NCBI GenBank assembly: GCA_002633005.1 | Contig: NMRA01000390.1 | Location: forward strand, 145,544-209,543 | Length of the DNA: 64,000 nucleotides | From: Phoronis australis | Taxonomy: Eukaryota > Animalia > Phoronida | Direction of reading: 5' to 3' | Part shown: positions 12,872 to 24,994 of the stretch, in pieces | How positions within the stretch are numbered: the stretch's first letter is position 1 | Layout: each line of letters begins with the position of its first letter | The notes under the pieces: generated by a model | What the model saw: the letters and a program-made list of their open reading frames with translations, nothing else | Databases searched by the model: none | Told to the model about the DNA's origin: nothing | Position numbers and translations under genes: made by a program

Positions 12872-14523
12872 GGCCACAGTCACAGCTTCTGACCATCCCT
12901 AATACACTATATAGAATACTACACGGTACAACATTCCAGACTTGAAATTCCACGGGTGCTTCACTTCAGTCATTCATAGCAAACACAAAACTCAATACAT
13001 TTGCACAAAACAGGGGTTCAACAACCCATGAGGAATTGTTTTTTCTCCCAATACCATTTACGGTGTCCTACTCCACTGAGTTCGCAATGAATTTGCGGTC
13101 AAAGGAAAAAATTCTCCCCAAAAAGTTGCTGCGTACCGTCAATATGCTACACGGAAATTGCCAGTTTGTCACGGAAGGTCATGAAATCAATAACTCCACA
13201 CTTACTCAGACCATTTCGTAACCTTCTGTGATGAAGCAGCAAGTGCCGCCATTCATAACTCATCGTATTATTGCACTCTATTTGACCTTGACCCGACTCG
13301 CGTGAAGCATATTGCTATGTAGGCAATGACCATCGCCTCTGTTGGCCCGAACCAGAGGCGATGCAGAGGCTTTAGGCGCTCTGTACGCCGGAAGCTTTTC
13401 GGCGAATTATGCCTCGCACCGACTAAACCATCAAAGTCACGTTCTTATAAATACCTTTTGCACATAGAGGAACACCTTAGGAGGTTGTCGATGTGTTTAA
13501 GTCCTTCCAACTCGAACAAATACTCCCGTTATGAAACTTTTTCTTCGATCAGTCCCTATTTCAGTTCCCAAAATCGTGAAATCAAAATTTTTGTACTGCG
13601 CACGCTCCAATTTTTACCGCGCTCGCTAGGTGATGTGACTTCATAACCTCAATAATTTTTAAATAGGCCAAAGGTGAGCCACTGCGGTCTTGTCAGTCAA
13701 ATGTTCGTTTCCAAAATGCCACCACTTATACTTGTCTTTAATTGGCGTTACTTGAAACTGTTTGTATTTCAATGAATTATTGTTTGTATTTGATAAAAAT
13801 AAATGCTGTTGATATGACATTTAATAGTCTTTGTGCACATATTTGACATTTTAATGTTTAACAACACGGCAAATGCACGGCTGGTTCCCGGCAGCACGTA
13901 CGCGAAGGGCGGGAACTTCAGCTTTCAAAGTTCGCCAGTATGTCCGCAACTTCTGACCTTCGGCCTGGTTAAAAAATGAAAAAGTTGATTTCACGATTTT
14001 GGGAACTGAAATAGGGACTGCTCGCAGAAAAAGTTTGATAATGGGAGTATTTGTTCGAGTTGGAAGGAATTAAACACATCGACAACCTCCTCAGGTGTTC
14101 CTCTATGCGCAAAAGGTATTTATAACAACGTGACTTTGATGGTTTAGTCGGTGCGAGGCATAATTCGCCGAAAAGCTTCCAGTGTACAGAGCGCCTATAG
14201 CCTCTACATCGCCTCTGGTTTGGGCCAACAGAGGCGATGGTCATTGCCTAATTGCTATGCAGCGACTTTTTGAGATTTTTGTGCTTTGACCGTGAATTTG
14301 TTGCGAACTCCATGGAGCAGGACACTGTAAATGGTATTGAGAGAAAGAACAATTTCTCATGGTTTGTCGAACCCCTGCATGTTTTGTGTAAATAATTTAT
14401 AGTTTTTTGTTTGCTATGGACAGCTGAAGTGAAGCACCCGTGGAATTTCTAGTCCAGAGTGTCATACCTTATAGTATTTTATATAATGTATTGGGGACGG
14501 TCAGAACCTGAGGACGCCTGTGG
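12872..14523. mobile_element. Long-TIR non-autonomous DNA transposon (family B) interrupted by a family A insertion
   Basis: ~230-bp diverged inverted arms at 12872-13105 and 14285-14523 (gaaattccacgggtgcttcacttcag / ctgaagtgaagcacccgtggaatttc); an uninterrupted partial copy lies at 19755-20365. Confidence 0.8.
13320..14250. mobile_element. Mutator-like (MULE/foldback) non-autonomous element, family A, copy 1
   Basis: ~270-bp TIRs starting TAGGCAATGACCATCGCCTCTG; perfect 9-bp TSD attgctatg at 13311-13319 and 14251-14259; no transposase ORF. Confidence 0.88.
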
Positions 14524-14836
14524 TTTAAAGTGAGACCGCTTTATTCTACTAGTGCCAACTCACTAGTCACTGTCTCCATGAACATGATTTATTTTAGACA
14601 ATTTAGTAATCAAAAAGTAAAGCAGTTCCACAACATAGTCGTCGCCTGAGTGTGGATGTCGCAGACATGCAGGCGTTGTTTCATTTGTTACTTACTAATA
14701 GGGCCTACTAAACATCTAAATAGTTAGACAGTGACCACCGTCTCCAGCTGGCTCACTTAGAGCCAGCTAGAGACGTTGGTCACAGGAAAGAGTTCGCTAA
14801 GCTGGCATTCCCCTAAGGCGGAGTTCCAGGCATTAC

Positions 14837-14924
14837 CTTTTACGTCGTCAGGGTTATCATCACTTCTGAATTCCGTCTGTTCCTTGCGGCCGCCGACAGT
14901 GAAATAAATCACTTTAGTCGCCAT
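14837..14924 (-). CDS. PDE9A: First coding exon of a PDE9-like cGMP-specific phosphodiesterase; remaining exons not found in the window
   Basis: MATKVIYFTVGGRKEQTEFRSDDNPDDVK resembles the PDE9 N-terminus (K(A/V)IY...GR...F....DI); followed by the phase-1 donor G|GTAATG. Confidence 0.65.
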
Positions 14925-16433
14925 TATACTACACTTTAAAATGTACTTCGACTGGCTGAAATACACGTTGCTGTCACAGTCAATAACCCATCTTGCAGAC
15001 AAGCCATTCCGACTGTTGTATATGTTCGAAAGCGCATAATTCAACTTCCATCAAAAGTACATCTCAAACAAAGCGTTCAGATTACTAACCCTGGAATGGT
15101 AGTTGCAACACTTAAAATTCAGTTTTTATTTTTTTACTTGTTTATGTGTTTGCAAATGCCCATGTTTAAACTCCACTCCAAAAATCTACGAAGCTGAATC
15201 TATATCCTTTCGATTTTTGAAAATCAGTGTTATTGTCACGTGACCGAGATAAAGTTCAAGACCTTCCCGCGCCTGGGAAAGATATGCTGTACAGCCAGTA
15301 CGTATGTATATCTGTTGTTACGAGAGTAGGTCTACCTGAAGTGGCACGCCATCGGTGCCGGGGGTGGGAGTGGAAATTGACCATTTCCACCTTGTTGACT
15401 AAATTTCTTGCTTTTCCAATTCCACAGCAAGGCCGGTGAAATCGCGTTCTGGCCGGTCCTTTTGTTTCACTGACGATTTGAAATTTACTGATTGGTTTCA
15501 ATAACTCACCCGTTCATTGACTGCTAAGCTGACATGCAGTGACTACCCGCACTGGCGACGGCATTAAACTATAGCCCGCCGTGACAAGTAAGGCGCTGTT
15601 TGTTTCAATTTGTTCGCTATACAAATCTGTGCTCAAGCTGTGGAGTTTTCAACTAAATCTCGAGTTAAGGCATGAGATCAATTTCTATCACAACCCGGCG
15701 ATAGTTCGCCCTGTTGGGCACTGCCGCATAATAATAAAAATCAAATATAAATCATTTTATTTTCACAAAATCGGTATCCCGAAATTCCTCTTTATTAGTT
15801 CGATTTTCTCTTTTGTTTTTTTGTTCATTTTCTTTTCATGTTTTATTTAAATTATGTTTATGATTTGAGTTTCTTTTCAACCGTCCGCCTGTTGACCCGG
15901 CAATGAAAATCCAAAACCATGATCAACGACCACCGCATGGCACGACTCAGCTTTAGTGGGACCGCCGGGACAGTTGACCATTTCTTATAAAACATATCTT
16001 TAAGTGTAACATGCTCTCTCTGTTATTTTGATTTCTTGATGCTACCGGCATTTTCCGTGGACAAAATGGGGCGTGTATTCGAGAAACGCGGAAAATTTTC
16101 AGAGCGTTGCTGTAACACCAAATAATCCCCCGGGCGTTTATTCGGAAAAGGGGGACTTGTAAACGGAATGTCATAGTTTGACATTTTTTAACTAAATTTT
16201 ATACTGATCAATGCATCTACTCTCCAACACTTTGTTCGTTTTTATAAATGATAAAATGCTCCACAAAACTGAATTTGTGACTAAAAGTGTGACACTGAGT
16301 GAAACGCCGGTTCAGAGCTATGCATTCCCCAAATTTTGGTAGTTCCTGCCTTTTTAGTGGACTTTTGTCTCGAGTCTACATTTTTGTTTCTCTGAGGCGG
16401 ACCTTTTTGCCCCGGCCACTTCGCCAACGAGCA

Positions 16434-17143
16434 CCCAACAATTCAAGTTGGGAAGAACACCCCTGTAGCCAACATCTTACACGACTGATTAACTCCATTC
16501 TGGCATTTATGATTGGAGGGCCAGCTCTCTTTTGTTCGATATTGCTCTAATCTCCAGGAACACCTGTGAGAACAACTAAAATGACTAGCTTTGTAGTCAA
16601 CGAGAGAGTGCAAGCAGTGGATGAGGTTGGTCGGTGGGCAAGAGCAATGATTTCATTTTTATAACTGAGGAAAAGCTAGAATAGTTATGTAGTTAGTGCA
16701 ACCAAAATTGTCCAGAGGTTCCAAATATTCAGTTTGTGCTATCACCATATTTGCACACTTGTATATATTTTATAATTCTAATAAAGGNGCCCAACAATTC
16801 AAGTTGGGAAGAACACCCCTGTAGCCAACATCTTACACGACTGATTAACTCCATTCTGGCATTTATGATTGGAGGGCCAGCTCTCTTTTGTTCGATATTG
16901 CTCTAATCTCCTGGAACACCTGTGAGAACAACTAAAATGACTAGCTTTGTAGTCAACGAGAGAGTGCAAGCAGTGGATGAGGTTGGTCGGTGGGCAAGAG
17001 CAATGATTTCATTTTTATAACTGAGGAAAAGCTAGAATAGTTATGTAGTTAGTGCAACCAAAATTGTCCAGAGGTTCCAAATATTCAGTTTGTGCTATCA
17101 CCATATTTGCACACTTGTATATATTTTATAATTCTAATAAAGG
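16434..17143. repeat. Near-identical ~354-bp direct duplication across a single N (probable assembly artefact)
   Basis: 16434-16787 is almost identical to 16790-17143; N at 16788. Confidence 0.85.
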
Positions 17144-18005
17144 TTGAACTTGAACTAATGGCTCGTGAAGTTTTATTTGCTGTGACATATTTGGTGTAGC
17201 TGTAATCTGGAAAATTCAGGGATGGGTTCACAATTAACTGACTTCTAAGTTGTTTTGATGCTTCCGTTAAACACAAAATAAAAAATAGCAACCCTAACCG
17301 GTACGGAAAAGCAAGGAGACAGGAGTATTAAAATGAAGTCAAATGAAAACAGGTATGAAACATATTTAAAACCAACGTTCCTTTTGGAAGTGGCCCTTTG
17401 TCAAGATCAACCCAAATTAAGTTTTTAGTCTGCTTGTAATATTTAAAATGTTAAAACTGTTCTCCATATTGCAGGCTTTAACACTGTGCAAATGCCAGAG
17501 AAAAAAAAACAATTTGGGTGTAATAACGACCACCATTGTTAAGAAAGTAGTGCTAGCTAATTACCTTCCACTTCATTAGCTCAGATCTACATGAATACAA
17601 AGGGCGTGATGAATAGGGATCGTAAAAGTTGTCTGAGTGGGGCTTAGGAACTCAGACGACCAGTGTAAGCGAGAAATTCTCCACAGGATCATATCTGAGC
17701 CTGCCGGCCGGACTGGGCCAATGTATGCTGCTAAAAATAAAAGTTAAGTTATAATATATTTGAACATAACTTGACCAATAGCATTTCTGAAATCCTCGTC
17801 AACTAATGGTGATCATGTTTAGTTTTTAAATTGCCAAAATCGCCCAACTACAACCGAAGTTACGACAATTCTTTCCGAAAGGTATTCGCTCTGCCGGAGT
17901 TTGACTGTGTTCACACGTGCTTGACAGGTAACAAAGAGGCTAGATGTTATCACGAACCCTCTACGTCTGGTAAAGTCACTGAACAGAAAAACACCGTCAT
18001 GAACT

Positions 18006-18294
18006 GGAATTTATGTGTGCATGGCCTTTTAACGGCGCCGGCCGGGGTTTTCACTGATCCAGTTTATCGTAGCCTACGGCCTGGCCCCTCCCGGCGTCTG
18101 TGGCAGCGCTGGTAGGCATACTGGAAAGACTGTCGGTTCCCAGGGGGAATAGAACGTTCTACTTAAATTCCCTTGAAGGCAACACGTAGCTCCTCGGCTA
18201 GTTGGACAGGAGCTGCTGAACACTCGTCGGTTTAGTTCATGTTCGTCTCGTTTCACGGGCGCGCGGGTTCGCAGGGTCACAAGATTCACCTTTT
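18006..18294 (+). ncRNA. Candidate structured non-coding RNA, family unassigned
   Basis: GC-rich island with five adjacent hairpins whose mismatches are G-U on the plus strand, 5'/3' end pairing and a terminal TTTT. Confidence 0.35.
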
Positions 18295-18539
18295 CATATA
18301 TATATACGTTTTAATTGACACTTAAAATGCGCTTAATAAGTTCTTTAGCGATGCTTTCTAGTTCTATACATATCTTCAACGAAGCATATCTACAGGAATT
18401 AATGAGTAACTTTTTATGGAGAGTCTAGCTGTCGCTTTTGTATGCCTGTGGCGTACACTACCGGGCCGATTGTATATTTTTCTTGAGTGGCTGACTGGAG
18501 AAATGAGAAATGAGACTTTGAGTTGGAATCGCGAGAGGT

Positions 18540-18649
18540 CGCTCTGTCAGCGGAAGAAGATTGCTCCGTCTATTAGTAGCTTTCAACACCACTGGTAGGC
18601 CCAGAAACCGTTTTCACTGGTCATCGTCAGCATTTCACATTTGGTAAGT
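18540..18649 (+). promoter_or_regulatory. Putative promoter and non-coding first exon of the NDUFS5-like gene
   Basis: CpG-containing region with CGGAAG (ETS-type) at ~18551 and a consensus donor TTG|GTAAGT at 18644. The NDUFS5 ATG exon has an acceptor 5 nt before the ATG, so an upstream exon is required. Confidence 0.45.
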
Positions 18650-18803
18650 TTACACGTCGCTTTGGATGCGTCAGTAGTTATTTAAACTAGATTGTGAGTA
18701 GCTGTAGCCGTTACTTTCTGTCATCACTGACGGTAGTGGACACACGAACGTGACACGTTCTGCTTTCTGCGCTGGCCAATGTGTTGCCAGCCAGCTACTG
18801 AGC

Positions 18804-19629
18804 TAGGCAATCAATGACCATCGCCTCTGTTGGCCCGAACCAGAGGCGATGCAGAGGCTATAGGCGCTCTGTACGCCGGAAGCTTTTTGGCGAATTATGC
18901 CTCGCACCGACTAAACCATCAAAGTCACGTTGTTATAAATACCTTTTGCGCATAGAGGAACACCTTAGGAGGTTGTCGATGTGTTTAAGTCCTTCCAACT
19001 CGAACAAATACTCCCGTTATGAAACTTTTTCTTCGAGCAGTCCCTATTTCAGTTCCCAAAATCGTGAAATCAAAATTTTTGTACTGCGCACGCTCCAATT
19101 TTTACCGCGCTCGCTAGGTGATGTGACTTCATGACCTCAATCTTTAAATAGGCCAAAGGTGAGCCATTGCGGTCTTGTCAGTCAAATGTTCGTTTCCAAA
19201 ATGCCACCACTTATACTTGTCTTTAATTGGCGTTACTTGAAACTGTTTGTATTTCAATGAATTATTGTTTGTATTTGATAAAAATAAATGCTGTTGATAT
19301 GACATTTAATAGTCTTTGTGCACATATTTGACATTTTAATGTTTAACAACACGGCAAATGCACGGCTGGTTCCCGGCAGCACGTACGCAAAATGCGGGAA
19401 CTTCAGCTTTCAAAGTTCGCCAGTAGGATCGCAACTTCTGACCTTCGGCCTGGNNNNNNNNNNNNNNNNNNNNNNNNNNNNNNNNNNNNNNNNNNNNNNN
19501 NNNNNNNNNNNNNNNNNNNNNNNNNNNNNNNNNNNNNNNNNNNNNNNNGAAAAGCTTCCGGCGTACAGAGCGCCTATAGCCTCTGCATCGCCTCTGGTTC
19601 GGGCCAACAGAGGCGATGGTCATTGCCTA
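18804..19629. mobile_element. Mutator-like element, family A, copy 2 (contains an N gap)
   Basis: Same TIRs as copy 1; 9-bp TSD ctactgagc at 18795-18803 and 19630-19638. Confidence 0.88.
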
Positions 19630-19664
19630 CTACTGAGCTAGCTCTAGTCTAGGACTGGTTCCTA

Positions 19665-20780
19665 GGCTAGCTGTATGAAGACTGTTGTCAAAATACAGCA
19701 TGCGCGCACCCAGGGGGGGAGGGTAAAAAGGTCTGCCCCTGAGAAACAAAAAGCCATCCATAGCAAACACAAATCTCAATAAATTTACACAAACCATGAG
19801 GAATTGTTCTTTCTGCCAATGGCAATACTATACTATCCAATACCATTTACAATGTCCTGCTCTACCGAGTTCGCAACAAATTCGCGGTAAAAGCACAAAA
19901 ATTTTCTCAAAAAATCGCTGCATACTAGCAATATGCTTCACGAGGTCAAGGTCAAGTAGGGTAGGTAATAATCTGATGAGTTGCGATGTGACGGCAATTG
20001 CCAGTTCACCACGGAATACGGAAGGTTACGAAATGGTCTGGCTAAGTGTGGAGTTATTATTGATGTTGTGACCTTCCGTGACAAATTGGCAATTTCCGTG
20101 TAGCATATTGATGGTATGCATTGACTTTTTGGGAAGATTTGTTGCAAACTCGGTGGAACTGGACACTGTAAATGGTATTGGGAGAAGTAACAGTTCCTTA
20201 TGGTTTGTTGAACCTCTGTTTTCTGAGAATTTATTGAGTTTTGTGTTTGCTATGGACAGCTGAAGTGAAGCACCCGTGGAATTTCTAGTCCGGAGTGTCA
20301 TACCTTGTACTTGTAGTAAAAAATAGTGTATTGGGGACGATCAGAAGCTGAGGACGCCTGTGGCCCGTTACAGCTGTTTAAGTGAAAAACAATGCAATAA
20401 ACGTCATTTTCTTGCGTAACTCTCCACTTTTCTAACAATGAAAAGTATGTTGTCGTTTTGAAATCAGTACGCTCGTGTCACACACACATGCCATTTCCTA
20501 AATTTTTCGACATCTCTTGAGAGATGATGATAGCTTGGCAGCAGCAAAATTTCTTCTAAAATTAGTTTTTTCGGTATCAAAATTCTAAAAACTTATAATC
20601 AAGAGAAACCAGTTCTGATAATTTGATATGACATGTACACAACCACGTGAAAGAACAACAGTTGATGGAAGAATCGGCGAAAAAAAAAACTGCCTAATAG
20701 GTGACGCAATATTTCATGGTGCCAAAAGCCATCGCTAAAGATCGCTCCACAACTTTAGCAGCTGAATAACGGTAGAACGC
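19665..20780 (+). mobile_element. Composite of family C with nested family D and family B fragments
   Basis: C start (gctagctgtatgaagact), D fragment 19698-19755, B copy 19755-20365 ending gacgcctgtggcc, then C resumes to ~20780. Confidence 0.65.
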
Positions 20781-22395
20781 CATTTTTACCAACAATTTAG
20801 TTTACTCAAGGATGACTGTTGTAGTTTTTAATGACACTAATTTTGTGTCAGAGATTATCTTACCACTTTTTTACCCACATCAGTGCAAAGCTGTATATTT
20901 AGTATACAGCTTTGTACCAAGGTTAGCCAATATGTAGTTTCATACGCAAGGATATTCCTGACCATGTTTGAACCTGTGCCCTTTGGGTACACTGCCACTG
21001 AACGTCTGAAGATAAAAGGACAAATAAGTGTGCCTTTTTTCAAAAAGTTTTTCCCAGCAGACTCAGTGTAATTGAAGTTGTAACATATGAAACAGAAACC
21101 CCATGGCAATCGAAATAAGAACAGTCATGTTAAAGTAAAAGTTGCATTTTTACTGAAAAATTCCTTACAAAAAGACAATCCAACAAAAACTTCAAGCAGA
21201 GTGTTCAGCTGTTGCATGATAAGAACACACTGGCTATATGTTGACTAGAATCTTGCATTTTGGGAAGAGTGTTAAATTTTAAAAGATGCACCCATGGGGG
21301 AGGGGTGCACTGCTGCAATATACTGGTGCCATTTTTAACTCTGCGTGCGCTCCTGGCGGACACAGTAAAAATAAGAGTTTGCGCTTTGAAAAAATGGCCA
21401 GTTGCAGATTTGGGCAAGTGAATAAAGGACTGCTCGAAGAATAAGCTTGATTGCGGGAGTATTTGTTTGAGTCACTTTTGAATATCTCATAGCAAGAAAC
21501 CGATGCCAATAGTCTGGTAGTAAAGTCATAGCTAGAAACTAATGCCAATAGTCTGTGGTAGCTCTTGAAGAGATCTGTTATCACACCAAGTTCCAGAGAA
21601 ATCTATCAAAGAACAACGGAACTATGGCATGCGGAGAAATTGGTCTATAGAAAGGAGTCGTCAGAAAATTCTGATTAACTTGAGAACAGATTGCTCTTGA
21701 CTAGATTTATCTTGAATAGCAAATTTCAAAGGAATGACTCCTCAAAGGGCCATGAGAGCTAGACCTCTGCAAAGTGAATAAAAAATTGAAAAGTGGCTGT
21801 CAAAGCACCATCTAGTGTCCGATTTGACTAAAGACTTTTAATATCTTAGAACGTAGTGATGAGCTACATGGTATGTGAAAATTTCATGTCGATTGGTTGT
21901 GCTACTGACAGGAAAGCTACAGAACTCAATGTTTTTGGTGAACCCTGAGATGTGTGAAGCCAAAGAAACCTGACCTCACCTTCCATATCTCACAAACAAA
22001 TATTTTCTTCCCAAACAAATTGTAAATGAAATTCACACTTACTCAATAGATCTATGCACGTTTGAAAGCATGTACTAGAGTAAAGAGTTTGAGTTCTAAA
22101 GATAATTACTCACAACACTGCTAAATAGAAAGCTATTTCATAATTATTTGTTTATTAGCTACACTTTAATACAGAATATATGCTGTTCAATTCAGAATTC
22201 AATATTTAGTATACTAATGTATATTGTATGGAAGATATTTCTCTTGCAATTTTTGTCTTATTTTTATGATTGTACATACTTTACTTGAAAACTACGGATC
22301 TCATCAAATATTAGACTTGCTTGTCATTAAACTTAGGACACTTACAAGTCTACTTAGTGAATGTTTAAGTATTGCACCATTTGTTTCCAGTCATC

Positions 22396-22593
22396 ATGGC
22401 CCACATGCCGCCAGTGATTGAGACGCCATTGACGAAGCCTACCTACCATTGGTTGACTCATCAGCATGGTCCATGTGCAGACTTGGAGGTCGAGTATTTT
22501 CAGTGTTCTAACAGAGTGGGTGGTCAGAGGCTGAAAGCAGAATGTAGTGAATTCATGGAAGACTTCCTGGAGTGTGTGTTCAGACACAAACAG
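22396..22593 (+). CDS. NDUFS5: NADH dehydrogenase iron-sulfur protein 5-like, coding exon 1
   Basis: MAHMPPVIETPLTKPTYHWLTHQHGPCADLEVEYFQCSNRVGGQRLKAECSEFMEDFLECVFRHKQ has the twin CX9C motif; acceptor tttccAG at 22389-22390, donor CAG|GTAGG. Confidence 0.9.
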
Positions 22594-22754
22594 GTAGGCT
22601 GTACTGGTCAAGTGCTGTTAGGGGTGTCTGTTGTTGGAGGGCAATAAATCCTAACTTCTAACCTAGGAAACTGGCGGTGGTGGCGAGTTGGAATGTTGAA
22701 GTGTGGTATTGAATGAATACACTACATTATGGGATAGAACTCAAAAGCTGCTAG

Positions 22755-22880
22755 TGTCTTGGGGTTTGTGAAACACTGCTCAGTTACAATTAAGTAAATG
22801 TCTTGGGATTTGTGAAGCACAGCTCAGTTACAATTAAGTAGTGTCTTGGGGATTGTGAAGCACAGCTCAGTTACAATTCA
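22755..22880. repeat. Tandem repeat, ~42 bp x3
   Basis: tgtcttggg.tttgtgaa.cac.gctcagttacaatt repeated. Confidence 0.85.
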
Positions 22881-23749
22881 GTAGAAGGCGTGCGTGCATC
22901 AGTGCACTTGTGAATGATGAGATAGTTATAAATGACAATGTGAAAACAGTTTGTAATTACATTAAAAGTGCACAGTTTCTAACTAGTTTCCATTGTTATA
23001 ATACTTAGTACAATTTCTCGATTAGTATGTCTTAGTGAGTCAACAAATGAGTTTAAAATTAAAACATTCCGATATCATCCATGTCCATTAATGTCTTCCT
23101 GTAAACACTCTAATTATTGCATCTTTCCTGCAAATTATTCTGATTGTGTATGTATGTAGTAATAATCATAGACAAAGAGTGTTTAATTTTCTCAACATTT
23201 CCATTGAAGTACGGGCTGTTTATTTCCATTGAACTGTGAGTTGTTTCATAGAGATGCAAGGTCATAACCACAGATCTATTTTTCCACTACATAATTAACA
23301 TCATTCAGTTTNAATTCAGTAGAAGGCGTGCGTGCATCAGTGCACTTGTGAATGATGAGATAGTTATGACTGACAATGTGAAAACAGTTTGTAATTACAT
23401 TAAAAGTGCACAGTTTCTAACTAGTTTCCATTGTTATAGTACTTAGTACAATTTCTCGATTAGTATGTCTTAGTGAGTCAACAAATGAGTTTAAAATTAA
23501 AACATTCCGATATCATCCATGTCCATTAATGTCTTCCTGTAAACACTCTAATTATTGCATCTTTCCTGCAAATTATTCTGATTGTGTATGTATGTAGTAA
23601 TAATCATAGACAAAGAGTGTTTAATTTTCTCAACATTTCCATTGAAGTACGGGCTGTTTATTTCCATTGAACTGTGAGTTGTTTCATAGAGATGCAAGGT
23701 CATAACCACAGATCTATTTTTCCACTACATAATTAACATCATTCAGTTT
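22875..23749. repeat. Near-identical ~437-bp direct duplication across a single N (probable assembly artefact)
   Basis: 22875-23311 vs 23313-23749 differ by a few substitutions; N at 23312. Confidence 0.85.
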
Positions 23750-24189
23750 TTTACAAAAAGTTTTAATAGATTGTTAGGTCTCAGTACACAATACCAAATT
23801 GTGAAGGCCAGAAATCATTAACTTCAAATTAGAGTACCGTTTGATCCCTAGAATCATGTAAAATAAATTATGGAACGTTTTATTAATTCTGGTTCTAGGG
23901 ATTAAAAATCCATACTGCTAATTTGTTTTTCTCAATAAAATTTGTGACAGCAAAGTTGTAATTCATCTTAAAAATTTGTCAGTCGTAGTGTGTATTGAAT
24001 GGAATACGGGCTCCCTGATCCAGTGAATTTGCTTTCCGCTTCTGAGATCTGCTTTCTTGATGTGAAAAGTGAATCAAGGTTGGAGTGATACAAGATTTCA
24101 AATGGAGAATTTTGTTGCTAAACTATCTTCTCAGATACGTGGTTTTGTGGCCCATAAAGCTCATTTTCACTGTTTTGGAAAGTTGACTG

Positions 24190-24583
24190 ATTACCACCCC
24201 TAATTATGTCTGATTGGCACCCCTAATTACATCAACTAATTATGTCCGATTGGCACCCCTAATTACATCAACTAATTATGTCTGATTGCCACCCCTAATT
24301 ACATCAACTAATTATGTCTGATTGCCACCCCTAATTACATCAATTAATTATGTCTGATTGCCATCCCTAATTACATCAACTAATTATGTCTGATTGCTAC
24401 CCCTAATTACATGAACTAATTATGTCTGATTGCCACCCTAAATTATGTCTGATTGCCACCCTAAATTATGTCTGATTGCCACCCCCAATTATGTCTGATT
24501 GCCACCCCTAATTATGTTTGATTGCCACCTCTAATTATGTCTGATTTCCACCCCTAATTAAATCAACTAATTATGTCTGATTG
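24190..24583. repeat. Minisatellite with 36-bp and 21-bp unit variants
   Basis: ccacccctaattacatcaactaattatgtctgattg and ccacccctaattatgtctgattg-type units ending at the NDUFS5 acceptor. Confidence 0.95.
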
Positions 24584-24592
24584 TGTTTCCAG

Positions 24593-24679
24593 AATGGACG
24601 TTTCCTTGCTATGCAGGCTGAAAGAAAGAGACAGAATAGACCGTATGGGCCAGCCCCTCCTAAGGATATTCTGAATTAG
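24593..24679 (+). CDS. NDUFS5: NDUFS5-like coding exon 2 (terminal)
   Basis: Acceptor tgtttccAG, phase 0, NGRFLAMQAERKRQNRPYGPAPPKDILN*; gives a 94-aa protein with an NDUFS5-like basic, Pro-rich tail. Confidence 0.85.
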   Translation, partial: NGRFLAMQAERKRQNRPYGPAPPKDILN

Positions 24680-24937
24680 TGTGTCAATTTTGACTAGGAC
24701 ATTACACTCACTGTAGTGAGATGTTTGTGTGGGCGACTAGAGACTGTTGGCATGTACCAGATGTTAGCTGAAGTGTTCATTCCAATGGCAGGCTCATTAG
24801 AAAGGATTTCAGGTGCAACTTACAGCTGTCATGGAATTCACTCCAGAATGGTACAAGCATCACTTTCTAGAATTTGTGGTGTAGTTCAGTTGATAAGTTT
24901 ATACTGATGTGTTCATCACTTTAACTTATAAAACAAC

Positions 24938-24994
24938 AATAAAAGAAGAAAAGCTGATGATTTGAGATTTTTATTCTAGAAAATAGACAATAAA
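24938..24994. terminator. Cluster of opposing polyadenylation signals
   Basis: AATAAA on plus at 24938-24943 and 24989-24994; AATAAA on minus (tttatt) at 24970-24975. Confidence 0.55.

Noticed and set aside
1-14836. Further PDE9-like exons
   Set aside because: No convincing exon 2 found by eye; it probably lies beyond the window start.
17289-17300. CAACCCTAACC as a telomerase RNA template
   Set aside because: AT-rich flanks with no visible pseudoknot, and ~700 bp from the structured region; likely chance.
13326-19134. Repeated 91-106-aa ORF MTIASVGPNQRRC as a gene family
   Set aside because: It lies within the TIRs of family A, has no recognisable domain and simply follows the repeat.
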